Below, piece by piece: positions 9,848 to 19,687 of a DNA stretch of 64,000 nt. The notes under the pieces were generated by a model. That model was not told the DNA's origin and did not search any database. It saw only the letters and a program-made list of their open reading frames with translations. A program made the translations under genes and the position numbers. The stretch lies in NCBI GenBank assembly GCA_965231105.1, contig OZ246417.1, forward strand, positions 832,908 to 896,907, written 5' to 3'. This DNA is from an uncultured Candidatus Saccharibacteria bacterium (GTDB lineage: Bacteria > Patescibacteriota > Saccharimonadia > Saccharimonadales > JACDBH01). The stretch's first letter is position 1. Each line of letters opens with the position of its first letter.

Positions 9848-10089
9848 AGCAAAAGGATATAGCGATTATCATTGCCGTGGTAGGGTTTGCTGCCATCTTT
9901 TCGTACCTTGTGGTCAGCAAGTTCGTCGTGCCTGCTAAAAACTTCCAACAAGAAGTTGAAGTTGTTGAAAAGATCTCACCTGACTTTAATGTACCCGATT
10001 CTAAGAATTTTAATGAGCAATCTAAGAATCCGACAAAACTGATTAGGATTGCACCGAACAGCAATGACCAGCCGTTCGTAGCGCCATAA
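9844..10089 (+). CDS. Small single-pass membrane protein in the pilus operon
   Basis: 81 aa with TM helix IAIIIAVVGFAAIFSYLVV. Translationally coupled to the PilO-like gene. Confidence 0.5.
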   Translation: MKQKDIAIIIAVVGFAAIFSYLVVSKFVVPAKNFQQEVEVVEKISPDFNVPDSKNFNEQSKNPTKLIRIAPNSNDQPFVAP

Positions 10090-10111
10090 TGCACGTGAGG
10101 GGATACTTCGC

Positions 10112-11926
10112 ATGAGTTTACTCTCAGCAACAACACAGAAGCAGGTTGAAGAACAACTGATTCGTGAGAAATTGCTCACAGCCGAGCAACTGAGTGCGGC
10201 GAAGAAAAAGGCCACCGAAGGTTCGGTGCCATTTTTTGCACAGCTTGTTAACGAGGGCCTGGTTGATAACGAGAAACTCACTAAGACAATTGCTAGTATC
10301 AATAAGGTTGCATACGTAAACCTGCTTAATGCTAAGGTAGATGAAAAGACCTTAGAACTTTTGCCGCGCGATATCGCTGAACGTTATATGGCGGTACCGT
10401 TAGGTGAGATGCAGCACCGGTTAGTTGTTGCCATGATTGATGCAGACAATGTCCAGGCGGTGGACTTCTTAAGTAATAAGATTGGGCGCCCCCTTAAAGT
10501 CTATGCAGCCAGTGAGGAAGGGGTGCGCAATGTCCTCATGCAGTATCCTTCCAGCCTTTCGCAAGGCATGGAAAGTGTATTGAAGAGTACCACTACAGAA
10601 GCAGCTGCAGAGAATGAGGCAGAAGCTGCAAAGGGAACTACTGGTAAGGATAAGACCGATAAAGCCAAAAGTATTCGCACTATTGTTCAGGACTCACCGA
10701 TCTCTAAGGCTCTTTCAACGATTCTCGAGTATGCTGCGAAGAACCGGGCTTCAGATATCCATATAGAGCCACTCGAAAAAGAATTGAAGATCCGCGTACG
10801 TATAGACGGTGTCTTGCGGGAAATTATGAAGCTTCCTAAGAGTACTGAGCCACCGCTGGTGTCTCGAATTAAGATCTTAAGTAACCTCAAGATCGATGAG
10901 CACCGTATCCCGCAGGACGGTCAGTTTACGGTTAAAGTCGAGGATAAAGAAATTGACCTTCGTATCGCTATTAGTCCCGTTGTATGGGGCGAGCAAGTAG
11001 TTATTCGTCTGCTTGATAAGAGCGGTACGAGCCTGAAGCTCGAGGATATGGGTTATACGGGTCGCGCTCTGCGTACCATACGCCAAGGTATCGCTAGCCC
11101 GAATGGCATGATCCTTACTTCCGGTCCTACGGGTTCTGGTAAGTCTACGAGCTTGTACGCCCTTATCCAAGAGATTAAGAACGATACGATTAACATCGTT
11201 ACGCTTGAAGACCCGGTTGAATATAAGATGAGTGGCATTAATCAGATCCAAGTTAATGCTGACGTAGGCCTTACGTTTGCAGCAGGGCTACGATCTATTT
11301 TGCGCCAGGACCCGAACGTTGTGATGGTGGGAGAAATTCGCGACCCAGAAACTGCCAATCTGGCTGTACAAGCAGCTCTAACGGGACACTTAGTGTTCTC
11401 GACACTTCACACCAATTCGGCTGCCGGTATCTTGCCTCGTTTATTGGATATGGGGATTGAGCCGTTCCTTATTGCAAGTACAGTGCGTACAGTTATTGGG
11501 CAACGTTTGGTTCGTCGGGTTGAAGGCGGTGAGCCGTACCAATCAGCCGCTCCTGAAACAGCAGCAATCAAACAATATCTCGGGACGCTGTTGCCTGAAA
11601 AAGAGGCAGATATGAAAAAGGTCGCTGAGGACCTTGGGTATCCATCCTTGCCACTGCGTAACCAAAACGCTTATACTTTATTCAAGGGCAAAGACGCACC
11701 TGATGCGCCAGGCGGATATAAGGGGCGCATGGGTCTCTATGAAGTATTTGGCGTATCTGAGAAGATCCAGGATCTTATCATGAAACGAGCATCAAGTGCG
11801 GAAATCCAAAAAGCTGCCCAAGCAGAAGGCATGATAACCATGCAGCAAGATGGATATCTTAAAGCCTTGGCGGGTAAGACAACATTATCAGAAGTCAATC
11901 GTGTCGCAGCGGACGATACCGCATAA
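10112..11926 (+). CDS. pilB: Type IV pilus extension ATPase PilB (GspE family)
   Basis: 604 aa with an N-terminal T2SSE_N-like region, Walker A GPTGSGKST, and VGEIRD / TGHLVFSTLHTN motifs. Confidence 0.9.
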   Translation: MSLLSATTQKQVEEQLIREKLLTAEQLSAAKKKATEGSVPFFAQLVNEGLVDNEKLTKTIASINKVAYVNLLNAKVDEKTLELLPRDIAERYMAVPLGEMQHRLVVAMIDADNVQAVDFLSNKIGRPLKVYAASEEGVRNVLMQYPSSLSQGMESVLKSTTTEAAAENEAEAAKGTTGKDKTDKAKSIRTIVQDSPISKALSTILEYAAKNRASDIHIEPLEKELKIRVRIDGVLREIMKLPKSTEPPLVSRIKILSNLKIDEHRIPQDGQFTVKVEDKEIDLRIAISPVVWGEQVVIRLLDKSGTSLKLEDMGYTGRALRTIRQGIASPNGMILTSGPTGSGKSTSLYALIQEIKNDTINIVTLEDPVEYKMSGINQIQVNADVGLTFAAGLRSILRQDPNVVMVGEIRDPETANLAVQAALTGHLVFSTLHTNSAAGILPRLLDMGIEPFLIASTVRTVIGQRLVRRVEGGEPYQSAAPETAAIKQYLGTLLPEKEADMKKVAEDLGYPSLPLRNQNAYTLFKGKDAPDAPGGYKGRMGLYEVFGVSEKIQDLIMKRASSAEIQKAAQAEGMITMQQDGYLKALAGKTTLSEVNRVAADDTA

Positions 11927-11944
11927 GAGAAGGGGGAACAAAAG

Positions 11945-13018
11945 GTGGCAGCACAAGGACAACCGCGAATCGAGATCTTGTTAGAGGAAGTGATCAAGAA
12001 GAAAGCTTCTGATCTTCACTTGCAGATTGGTTTACCACCCATGCTGCGTGTCGATGGCGCCTTAACACCAGTAACTGGTGCAGAACCCCTTACAGAAGAG
12101 ACCGTTGAAGCGCTGATTTTTGCCATTCTTGACGAAGATCAAAAACAGATTCTCTTAAAAGATAAGGAATTCGACTTTAGTTTTGCCTTTGGTGACCTAG
12201 GCCGATTCCGCGTAAACGCTTTCCATGAGCGAGGTAACTTGGCGGCTGCTCTACGTCTTATCCCAAATGAGATTTTGACTATCGAGCAGCTTGGTTTGCC
12301 TCCGGTTATTACTAAATTTACGGAGTACCCACGTGGTCTCGTATTAGTGACCGGCCCAACTGGTTCTGGTAAGTCTACAACGCTTGCCGCTATGCTTCAT
12401 AAGATTAATGCGGAACGTGCGGCACACATTATTACTATTGAAGACCCAATCGAATTTACGCACAAGAGTAAGAAATCTGTAATTGTACAGCGTGAAGTGC
12501 ACTACGATACCTATTCATTTAGCGCGGCACTAAGAAGTGCATTGCGCCAAGATCCGGATGTAGTACTGATCGGAGAAATGCGTGATCTTGAAACCATTGC
12601 AGCAGCCATTACGATTGCTGAGACTGGCCACTTAGTATTCGCGACACTTCACACTAACTCTGCTGCTCAGAGTATCGACCGTATGATCGACGTATTCCCA
12701 CCGCACCAGCAACCTCAGATTCGGGCACAGCTCGCAAACATCTTGATGGCAATCTGTTCACAACGCCTCATCCCAGCGATTGGCGGTGGCCGTATCGCAG
12801 CCGCTGAAGTGCTCGTAGCGACACCAGCTGTCCGTAACATTATTCGTGAAGGGAAGAGCCATCAGCTTGATGCGGTCATTCAAACAGGCGCTGAGTTTGG
12901 TATGCAGAGCATGGATAAGACATTAATCAACCTTATCCATAACGGTACTATCACTTATGATGAAGCGCGTAACTATGCGATAGATATCGAGGAACTCGAT
13001 AGATTGATGAGGGGTTAA
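11945..13018 (+). CDS. pilT: Twitching motility retraction ATPase PilT
   Basis: 357 aa with a GTG start, GPTGSGKSTT, IGEMRD and TGHLVFATLHTNSA motifs. Confidence 0.9.
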   Translation: MAAQGQPRIEILLEEVIKKKASDLHLQIGLPPMLRVDGALTPVTGAEPLTEETVEALIFAILDEDQKQILLKDKEFDFSFAFGDLGRFRVNAFHERGNLAAALRLIPNEILTIEQLGLPPVITKFTEYPRGLVLVTGPTGSGKSTTLAAMLHKINAERAAHIITIEDPIEFTHKSKKSVIVQREVHYDTYSFSAALRSALRQDPDVVLIGEMRDLETIAAAITIAETGHLVFATLHTNSAAQSIDRMIDVFPPHQQPQIRAQLANILMAICSQRLIPAIGGGRIAAAEVLVATPAVRNIIREGKSHQLDAVIQTGAEFGMQSMDKTLINLIHNGTITYDEARNYAIDIEELDRLMRG

Positions 13019-13025
13019 AAGAGCA

Positions 13026-14252
13026 ATGCTAACGTTTCGTTACGAAGCGCGTGATGCACGCACAGGGGAGCTTGTTAAGGCTGAAGTTGAAGCCGAGAGT
13101 GAACAGGCTGCTGCTAAGCTGATTCGTGGCGAGGGTTTATCGCCACTTTCAATCGTTCTCAAGGATGCCGTAAGTACGAATCCGATATCCAAGTTTAAGA
13201 GTCGCATTAAGTCTAAAGATCGTATCCTTTTTGCTCGACAGCTCTCTACACTTATTAATGCGGGCTTACCACTTGTCCAGTCTTTGCGCAGTGTCGGTGA
13301 CCAAACAGAGAGTAAGCCGCTTAAACTCGTTATTAACAAAGTTATTGCTGACGTAGAAGCTGGTAGCAGTTTTGCGGTGGCGCTCGGACGCCATCCACGT
13401 GTGTTTAATACGATTTTTGTAAGTCTCGTAGCGGCTGGTGAAGCGTCTGGTACGCTTGATAAAGCCTTAGAGCGTATAGCTTTCCAACAGGAGAAAGACG
13501 CCGAGATCATTAGTAAAGTGCGCGGCGCGTTATCATATCCATTCGTTGTCTTGTTTGTCATGGTTGGTGTAGTCGGCTTTATGATCGTTAAGGTTTTACC
13601 GCAAGTCGAAGGTATATATAAAGATCTGCCGGGCGCAAAATTACCGTTTATCACCAAAGCTCTCTTAGCGGTGTCTCATTTTGTTATTAGCTACTGGTGG
13701 ATCGTCATTATCCTTATTGGAGTTATAGCATTCCTTACTACCAAATGGGCGCGTACTGGTCCTGGTAAGCAGGTCATTGATAAGGCAAAAATGAAAATGT
13801 GGCCAGTTGGTCCACTGTTTATGAAGATGTATATGGCCCGTTTTGCGCGAACCGCAACCACCCTGGTTGCTAGCGGGGTGCCACTGCTTCAGGTCCTCGA
13901 GATTACAGGAGATGCCGTTAATAACGTTCATATTAAAGCCTCACTCATGAAGGCTTCGGAAAAAGTACGTGGTGGCAAGGCTCTCTCTACGGCGCTAGAG
14001 AAGGACCCTTACTTCCTCTCTTTAGTGCCAAACATGCTTCGTATCGGTGAACAGTCCGGACAAATCGAGCAGATGACTGCCAAAATTGCAGAGTACTATG
14101 AAAAGGAAGTAGATAATCAGATCAAGGCCATCTCCACGATCATCGAGCCGGTTATGATGGTACTTTTAGGCGTCGTGGCCTTTATAATCGTTGCTGCAAT
14201 TCTGTTACCTATTTACGGTCTTGCAGGGCAGACTCAGAACATCGGTCGTTAG
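13026..14252 (+). CDS. pilC: Type IV pilus platform protein PilC (GspF family)
   Basis: 408 aa with duplicated T2SSF-like halves and three TM segments. Confidence 0.9.
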   Translation: MLTFRYEARDARTGELVKAEVEAESEQAAAKLIRGEGLSPLSIVLKDAVSTNPISKFKSRIKSKDRILFARQLSTLINAGLPLVQSLRSVGDQTESKPLKLVINKVIADVEAGSSFAVALGRHPRVFNTIFVSLVAAGEASGTLDKALERIAFQQEKDAEIISKVRGALSYPFVVLFVMVGVVGFMIVKVLPQVEGIYKDLPGAKLPFITKALLAVSHFVISYWWIVIILIGVIAFLTTKWARTGPGKQVIDKAKMKMWPVGPLFMKMYMARFARTATTLVASGVPLLQVLEITGDAVNNVHIKASLMKASEKVRGGKALSTALEKDPYFLSLVPNMLRIGEQSGQIEQMTAKIAEYYEKEVDNQIKAISTIIEPVMMVLLGVVAFIIVAAILLPIYGLAGQTQNIGR

Positions 14253-14297
14253 GTATATATAGACTGTGGAAAAAGTCCGCTTCACGGAGTAAAGTGC

Positions 14298-14326
14298 TTG
14301 TGTTTTAGTAAGAGTGAAGGTATTAT
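14298..14326 (+). promoter_or_regulatory. Candidate sigma70-type promoter for the major pilin gene
   Basis: TTGTGT, 17 nt spacer, TATTAT, about 50 nt upstream of the pilin start. Confidence 0.35.
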
Positions 14327-14374
14327 CACTTCATAAACCAAATTAACACTAGTCCGAGAGGGGGCATTTCGACT

Positions 14375-14815
14375 ATGTTCAGTAAACTTAAGAAGCAAGA
14401 GAGCGGCTTCACAATCATCGAAGTCTTGATCGTGCTAGCAATCGCTGGCTTAATCATGTTGATTGTGTTCCTCGCAGTACCAGCACTTCAGAGAAACTCA
14501 CGTAACAACCAACGTACGGCTGATGCTTCACGTATCTCAGCTGCTGTTAGTGAATGTTTGAACAATAACAACGGCGTTGTCGCTAACTGTAACAACTTCG
14601 GTGCTGCACAGCTAAGCAACTACATTACGCTTGCTAACAACCAGCAGCTTACTGCTGCTACTGGTGCAGGCTTAAACTCCTTTGCATTTGCCTTTAGCAC
14701 GGTTTGTAACACGGCTGGCTCTGCATCACAGGCTGGTGGTGGTTCACGCTCATTCACGATTGTCTATCAGATCGAAGCTGGTTCAGCTACACCTGGTAGG
14801 TGTATCGGAAGCTAG
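14375..14815 (+). CDS. Major type IV pilin (prepilin with N-terminal methylation motif)
   Basis: MFSKLKKQESG|FTIIEVLIVLAIAGLIMLIVF class III signal peptide. 146 aa, with its own promoter-like and terminator-like signals. Confidence 0.85.
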   Translation: MFSKLKKQESGFTIIEVLIVLAIAGLIMLIVFLAVPALQRNSRNNQRTADASRISAAVSECLNNNNGVVANCNNFGAAQLSNYITLANNQQLTAATGAGLNSFAFAFSTVCNTAGSASQAGGGSRSFTIVYQIEAGSATPGRCIGS

Positions 14816-14834
14816 TACTTCCTAGGCTTTCTCA

Positions 14835-14866
14835 AAATGACCTCTCATTAAGGGAGGTCATTTTTT
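14835..14866 (+). terminator. Rho-independent terminator after the pilin gene
   Basis: AAATGACCTC / GAGGTCATTT stem followed by TTTTTT. Confidence 0.6.
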
Positions 14867-14885
14867 ATGTGGTACTATACTGCAT

Positions 14886-15713
14886 ATGATTTACGCCGTC
14901 CTGGTGGTCTTGGGGTTATGTATAGGGAGTTTTATCAATGCGCTGGTATGGCGCATTCGTGAGCAGTCTCGCTCTAAAAGGAATGCTAAGAACAGGAAGC
15001 TTTCTATCACCAGGGGCCGATCCATTTGTCCGCATTGCAAGCATGCGCTAAGTCCCCTTGATCTTATTCCTGTAGTGAGTTGGGTGCTTCTGCGCGGTAA
15101 ATGTCGCTATTGTCATAAGGCAATTGGCTGGCAATATCCGCTCGTAGAGCTTCTCACGGCTTTTGCATTTATTACTTCGTATATCTGGTGGCCGCAAGAA
15201 TTTAATACAGCTGGGACGGCAAATTTTATTGTGTGGCTTGTGCTTCTTGCAGGATTGATAGCGCTGCTTGTTTACGATATCCGCTGGATGCTCCTGCCTA
15301 ATCGTATTGTCTATCCTTTGATTGTGCTGGCAGTTGCTATGGTTATTGTGAACGCTTTGTTCTTCGACGGAGGACCGGCGCTCGTTCGCGATACGGTTAT
15401 AAGTGTTGCTGTGGGTGGTGGTATCTTCTATGGTCTTTTTTCGCTTTCAGATGGTCGCTGGATAGGGGGAGGGGATGTAAAGCTAGGCATTCTACTGGGT
15501 TTGCTACTCGCTGACCCAATAGAGGCTTTTCTTATGCTCTTTGGGGCATCCTTGCTCGGGACGCTCCTCATTATCCCTGGTATGGCCCTTAAAAAGCTGT
15601 CTGCCAAAAGTAAAATTCCTTTTGGCCCCTTTTTGATAGTGGCGGCTATCTTGGTTCAGCTTTTTGGCGCTGGATTGATCGCGTGGTACAAACGCGCGCT
15701 TCTACTTGTATAA
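14886..15713 (+). CDS. pilD: Prepilin peptidase PilD (A24 family)
   Basis: CPHC...CRYC zinc-ribbon region, polytopic membrane domain, GGGDVKL motif. Confidence 0.85.
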   Translation: MIYAVLVVLGLCIGSFINALVWRIREQSRSKRNAKNRKLSITRGRSICPHCKHALSPLDLIPVVSWVLLRGKCRYCHKAIGWQYPLVELLTAFAFITSYIWWPQEFNTAGTANFIVWLVLLAGLIALLVYDIRWMLLPNRIVYPLIVLAVAMVIVNALFFDGGPALVRDTVISVAVGGGIFYGLFSLSDGRWIGGGDVKLGILLGLLLADPIEAFLMLFGASLLGTLLIIPGMALKKLSAKSKIPFGPFLIVAAILVQLFGAGLIAWYKRALLLV

Positions 15714-15753
15714 CTCTGCGATTACAGATAACGCTTATGCTATACTTTAAGGC

Positions 15754-16527
15754 ATGAAGCGCCGAGGTCAGGGCGGCTATACCATTATTGAAGTTATGAT
15801 AGTGCTCGTAGTGTCGGTAGCGCTGTTTATTAGTGTTGCTGCGTTACTATCGGGTAGTCAAAGTCGGACCGAAACAACCCAGGCAGTTCGTAATCTCGAA
15901 TCAAGAATACAGAACGTCATCTCTGACATTGGAGCAGGCTATTATCCAACAGGCGTGGGGTGTAGCGCAGGGGGCAGTGGACAGCCAACGATCATCGGGA
16001 GCGCGATAGGGGGAAGTAATGAGGGCTGTATATTCTTAGGAAAAGTTGTTCCATTCGAGACGGATCGAATTCAGATAGCCTCAGTACTAGGCCGACAATT
16101 TATAGGTGCTATAGGGACTCGAGACGTAGCCAGTCTTATTGAAGCACGCCCAATAGCAGCCCCAGCAAGTACCAATGACTCGTATAACTTTACGTATGGG
16201 TTACGTGCTATGACTGTTCGGCAGATGGACGGAGCCAATACTCGATTAAGCTCCCTTGCTTTTATGAGTGAGCTTGGTGGAGGAGTGAGTACGGGAAGCC
16301 CGGTAACAGGTAGCCGCTCGGTGCTGCTGTACGGCTTTACAGGTAACGTGGGGAGTGCGCCGGCTATTGATAATCCTAATCTCTATCGGCCATTACCTGA
16401 AGGTGCGCGTATTTGCTTGCTTGGTGCTAATGATCGCTGGGCAGAAATACAGGTAGGAAGTGGCGCGAATCAGACAAGTACGTTCGTTAATATAGATTTG
16501 GATGCGAGCCATGTTTGTAGGAATTAG
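15754..16527 (+). CDS. Minor pilin-like protein
   Basis: MKRRGQGG|YTIIEVMIVLVV prepilin-type N-terminus. Confidence 0.7.
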   Translation: MKRRGQGGYTIIEVMIVLVVSVALFISVAALLSGSQSRTETTQAVRNLESRIQNVISDIGAGYYPTGVGCSAGGSGQPTIIGSAIGGSNEGCIFLGKVVPFETDRIQIASVLGRQFIGAIGTRDVASLIEARPIAAPASTNDSYNFTYGLRAMTVRQMDGANTRLSSLAFMSELGGGVSTGSPVTGSRSVLLYGFTGNVGSAPAIDNPNLYRPLPEGARICLLGANDRWAEIQVGSGANQTSTFVNIDLDASHVCRN

Positions 16528-16909
16528 GAAACAGCAGCGCGGTGATACGCTCGTCGAGGTCCTGCTTGCTATTGCAGTAGCGGGTTCGGTGCTAGGAATT
16601 GCGTTCTCTACCATGAACCGCAATATTGTCAGTACGCGAGCTGCACAAGAGCGTACCGAGGCTGCCAAGTATGCACAAGGCCAGCTTGAATCGCTTAAAT
16701 TTGCAACAGATACGAGCGTGACATTGCCAGGCGGGAACTTCTGCTTCAACGGCTCAGGAACGCCCGTGAGCGGTTCCTGTACAAGTAACTCACTATATAA
16801 CGCCACCATAGTAAGCACAGGCACTCGACTGTACCGCATAACGGTCACCTGGGATAGGCTTACCGGTGGTCAAGACCAGATTCAGATGGTCTATAGGACG
16901 GCAAATTAA
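16502..16909 (+). CDS. Minor pilin-like protein
   Basis: QQRG|DTLVEVLLAIAVAG prepilin-like N-terminus. An alternative ATG lies at 16511. Confidence 0.6.
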   Translation: MRAMFVGIRKQQRGDTLVEVLLAIAVAGSVLGIAFSTMNRNIVSTRAAQERTEAAKYAQGQLESLKFATDTSVTLPGGNFCFNGSGTPVSGSCTSNSLYNATIVSTGTRLYRITVTWDRLTGGQDQIQMVYRTAN

Positions 16910-16910
16910 C

Positions 16911-17531
16911 ATGAAAAAACTCAAAGATGCTCGAGGGTTTACGATTGTTGAGCTGCTTATTTCGACCGTGGTATTTTCGGCGGTCCTTGTTCTTTGTGCT
17001 ACCGCTATCGTTCAGGTTGGGCGCATGTTTTATAAAGGAGTAACTATAAACCGAACTCAAGATGCAACCCGGCAGTTGGCGGATGATGTAGCCCAGGCCA
17101 TTCAATTCGGTGTCCGCTCGGGTAGCTTTTTCCAAACTGCAAGCTCAGGGGCAAACCGAGCATACTGTCTAGGGGAAGTGCGGTATACATATCGCACCGA
17201 TCTGTCGCTTGGTACTGCCGGTGGGCACCAGAGTAGACATATCCTTTGGAAGGATAAACTAGGTGTAACCGAGCCATGTACTGCTGCTATAAATCTCGAC
17301 AGTGTTGCCCCTACCGGCGATGGGCAAGAGATGCTTGGTACTAACATGCGACTTCCGCAGTTTGATATAACACCAAGCGGCAAGAACTACCTCGTCACAA
17401 TTCGTGTTGCATATGGTGAAACAACGGATCTCTTTATTGATAATACATTCACGAGTTGTATTGCTCGCGATCTCGGTGGACAATTCTGTGCACTTTCAAG
17501 AATAACAACAAACGTGGTAAAAAGGTTATGA
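16911..17531 (+). CDS. Minor pilin-like protein
   Basis: MKKLKDARG|FTIVELLISTVV. Start chosen at the internal ATG 2 nt after the upstream stop; the track ORF starts at 16866. Confidence 0.7.
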   Translation: MKKLKDARGFTIVELLISTVVFSAVLVLCATAIVQVGRMFYKGVTINRTQDATRQLADDVAQAIQFGVRSGSFFQTASSGANRAYCLGEVRYTYRTDLSLGTAGGHQSRHILWKDKLGVTEPCTAAINLDSVAPTGDGQEMLGTNMRLPQFDITPSGKNYLVTIRVAYGETTDLFIDNTFTSCIARDLGGQFCALSRITTNVVKRL

Positions 17532-18586
17532 TAAGAAGTATGAAGAATTTGAGGAAAGATCAGCACGCATTTGTCTCCATCTTTACGGTGCTTATTATTA
17601 TGTCTGTCCTCACTCTTATCACGATTGGCTTTTCTAACGTCACACGCAATGCCGAAAAGCGGGCACTGGATAATCAGCTTAACACTCAGGCCTTCTATGC
17701 TGCTGAGTCTGGTATTAATGATGCGCGTATTGCGCTAGCCGCCGATCCGACGCTCGTAAAGAATGACTGCCAAACAGGAGGTACTTTTACGGGATATAAC
17801 AACGGTCTGGATGCAGGACTTAACGTAGGGTACACCTGTTTACTTATTAACTCACAGCCGCCTGACCTTAGGTTCGATTCTGTACCCGTAGAGGGGAATG
17901 GCAATGCTAAGGTGGTGCCTTTTGAATCAAGCAACGGTGCTGTTATAACCGGTTTTAGAGTTACGTGGACAGGGGTAAACAGTACGCCCACGATACCAAA
18001 TTACAGTGGCTCCTATTCAGATATCCTGGGGAGTCGCGCACAGCACGGAGTAGGTCAGCTGGGTATGGTGCGTATTGACCTTGTGCCCACCAATAGCCTC
18101 GATCGAGGTACTATTATTCCTCGCGGGTATACCTTTTTCCTCTATCCTTCACAGGCTCTAAACGCACCCTCAGGGTTTGTAACCAACGGTACGGCTGATC
18201 AAGGCGGACTCTTGGTTGCTCAGTGCGCAGCAGCTCCATGTTCAAGTACTATTACACTCGGCAATACCATTGGTTCAAGCAACCGGTACATGATGCGCTT
18301 GCAGGCGCTCTATAACCCTGTGAGCGTTACTATAGATAATCTTGTCACGACAAGCGGTGGGACGAGTTTCCAGAATGCTCAGGCCGTGGTAGATGTAACG
18401 GGCAAGGCTAATGATGTTTATCGACGTGTGCAGGCACGCTTGCCATTTGCTCCTCGTGGATTATCGCCAGCCTTTGCCATTCAAACAGCTGATTCCTTGT
18501 GTAAGCGCGTTTTAGCTGCTCCAGCGCCTTTAGGTAGCCGTACCGACATCTCTGGTGACCCTGCCTGTAGTCTGATAAATAACTAA
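17528..18586 (+). CDS. PilX-like pilus-associated protein
   Basis: N-terminus ...DQHAFVSIFTVLIIMSVLTLI resembles the PilX N-terminal domain. ATGA overlap with the upstream gene; the track ORF starts at 17456. Confidence 0.5.
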   Translation: MIRSMKNLRKDQHAFVSIFTVLIIMSVLTLITIGFSNVTRNAEKRALDNQLNTQAFYAAESGINDARIALAADPTLVKNDCQTGGTFTGYNNGLDAGLNVGYTCLLINSQPPDLRFDSVPVEGNGNAKVVPFESSNGAVITGFRVTWTGVNSTPTIPNYSGSYSDILGSRAQHGVGQLGMVRIDLVPTNSLDRGTIIPRGYTFFLYPSQALNAPSGFVTNGTADQGGLLVAQCAAAPCSSTITLGNTIGSSNRYMMRLQALYNPVSVTIDNLVTTSGGTSFQNAQAVVDVTGKANDVYRRVQARLPFAPRGLSPAFAIQTADSLCKRVLAAPAPLGSRTDISGDPACSLINN

Positions 18587-18587
18587 C

Positions 18588-19505
18588 TTATTGTGTTTTG
18601 CCGTGAAACTTCTGATGCACTTCTTTGAGGTGCGGATCGGTAATGTGGGTATAGATCTGTGTAGTTGAAATATTGCTGTGACCAAGCATGGCCTGAACAG
18701 AGCGGATGTCCGCACCATTCATAAGAAGGTCGGTTGCGAAGGAGTGTCTGAGTGTGTGCGGGCTTACGTGCTTCGTTATGCCTGCAAGAAGGGCATAACG
18801 ACTTACTAAACGCTGTACGCTTCGTGCAGTAAGGCGATAGAAGTTTCCATCAAGGTTTACCTGCTTATTGCCGCTATAGCGCATGAATAAGGGTTTTGCG
18901 TTATCTGTGCGCATCTCGAGATACTTGCCGACCCAATGGGCGGCTTCATCTGAAATAAAAATGGGACGATCCTTCTGCCCCTTACCTCGTACCATAAACT
19001 CTTTTCGTTTAAGATTTATGTGATCGCGATCAAGTCCCACCAGCTCAGAAACGCGGAGACCGGAAGAGAAGAGTAGCTCGAGAATTGCACGGTCTCTGGT
19101 GCCCGGGAGGGTATCGGTTTTAGGTTGTCCGAATAGTCTCGTGAGTTCTTCGGGAGTAAGAAACGTAACTTGTTTGCGCACTACTTTTGCGAGCTCTACT
19201 TTATTCGGGGCGAGCGCCGGGATATCTCGTTTGGAGCAGTATTTAAGGAAACTTCTGAGCGCGATAAGGTGGTAATTCTGGGTATTCTTTTGTAGCTCAT
19301 CAGATACATTGGTGCCTAGACGGTTAAGCCAAAGACGCCATTTCCGTAATAGTTCAGTATCAATAGCTTCAACCTTTAAGTCGTCACCAGCAAAGTCCAG
19401 CAGGCGAGTAAGGTAATGGTCGTAGTTGAGGATAGTTTTTTGTGATCGGTTTTGTTCGATTTCAAGGTATTCTAAGAAATCGGTTTTAAGCTTTGAAACA
19501 AGCAT
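18588..19505 (-). CDS. Tyrosine recombinase, XerC/XerD-like
   Basis: 305 aa with an N-terminal SAM-like domain and C-terminal HTLRHSFATDLL...LGHSNISTTQIYTH (R-H-R-Y catalytic pattern). Confidence 0.8.
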   Translation of the reverse strand: MLVSKLKTDFLEYLEIEQNRSQKTILNYDHYLTRLLDFAGDDLKVEAIDTELLRKWRLWLNRLGTNVSDELQKNTQNYHLIALRSFLKYCSKRDIPALAPNKVELAKVVRKQVTFLTPEELTRLFGQPKTDTLPGTRDRAILELLFSSGLRVSELVGLDRDHINLKRKEFMVRGKGQKDRPIFISDEAAHWVGKYLEMRTDNAKPLFMRYSGNKQVNLDGNFYRLTARSVQRLVSRYALLAGITKHVSPHTLRHSFATDLLMNGADIRSVQAMLGHSNISTTQIYTHITDPHLKEVHQKFHGKTQ

Positions 19506-19687
19506 GTGCTTATTGTACCAACCCAGGCCCGTATAGTGGTAATAAGTTTTTAATTTTTGGTTGCTATTTATGATTTACAGAGGTAAAGCTGGGTAAAAAA
19601 TGTGCGCAATAAAGCCCGGATTACTTAGTGGCTGAAGTATGCAATTCCTGTTAGAATAGAGCGAAATAATCCTAAAGGGAGTCCTAC

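Noticed and set aside
13040-13657. 205 aa minus-strand ORF
   Set aside because: It is entirely antisense to pilC, whose identity is unambiguous. It is a typical shadow ORF.
16393-16848. 151 aa minus-strand ORF
   Set aside because: It is antisense to two minor-pilin genes that carry clear prepilin N-termini.
18588-19505. Tyrosine recombinase as a marker of an integrated mobile element at the end of the pilus locus
   Set aside because: Its domain layout and size fit housekeeping XerC/D. I saw no flanking direct repeats, tRNA target or phage/plasmid genes.
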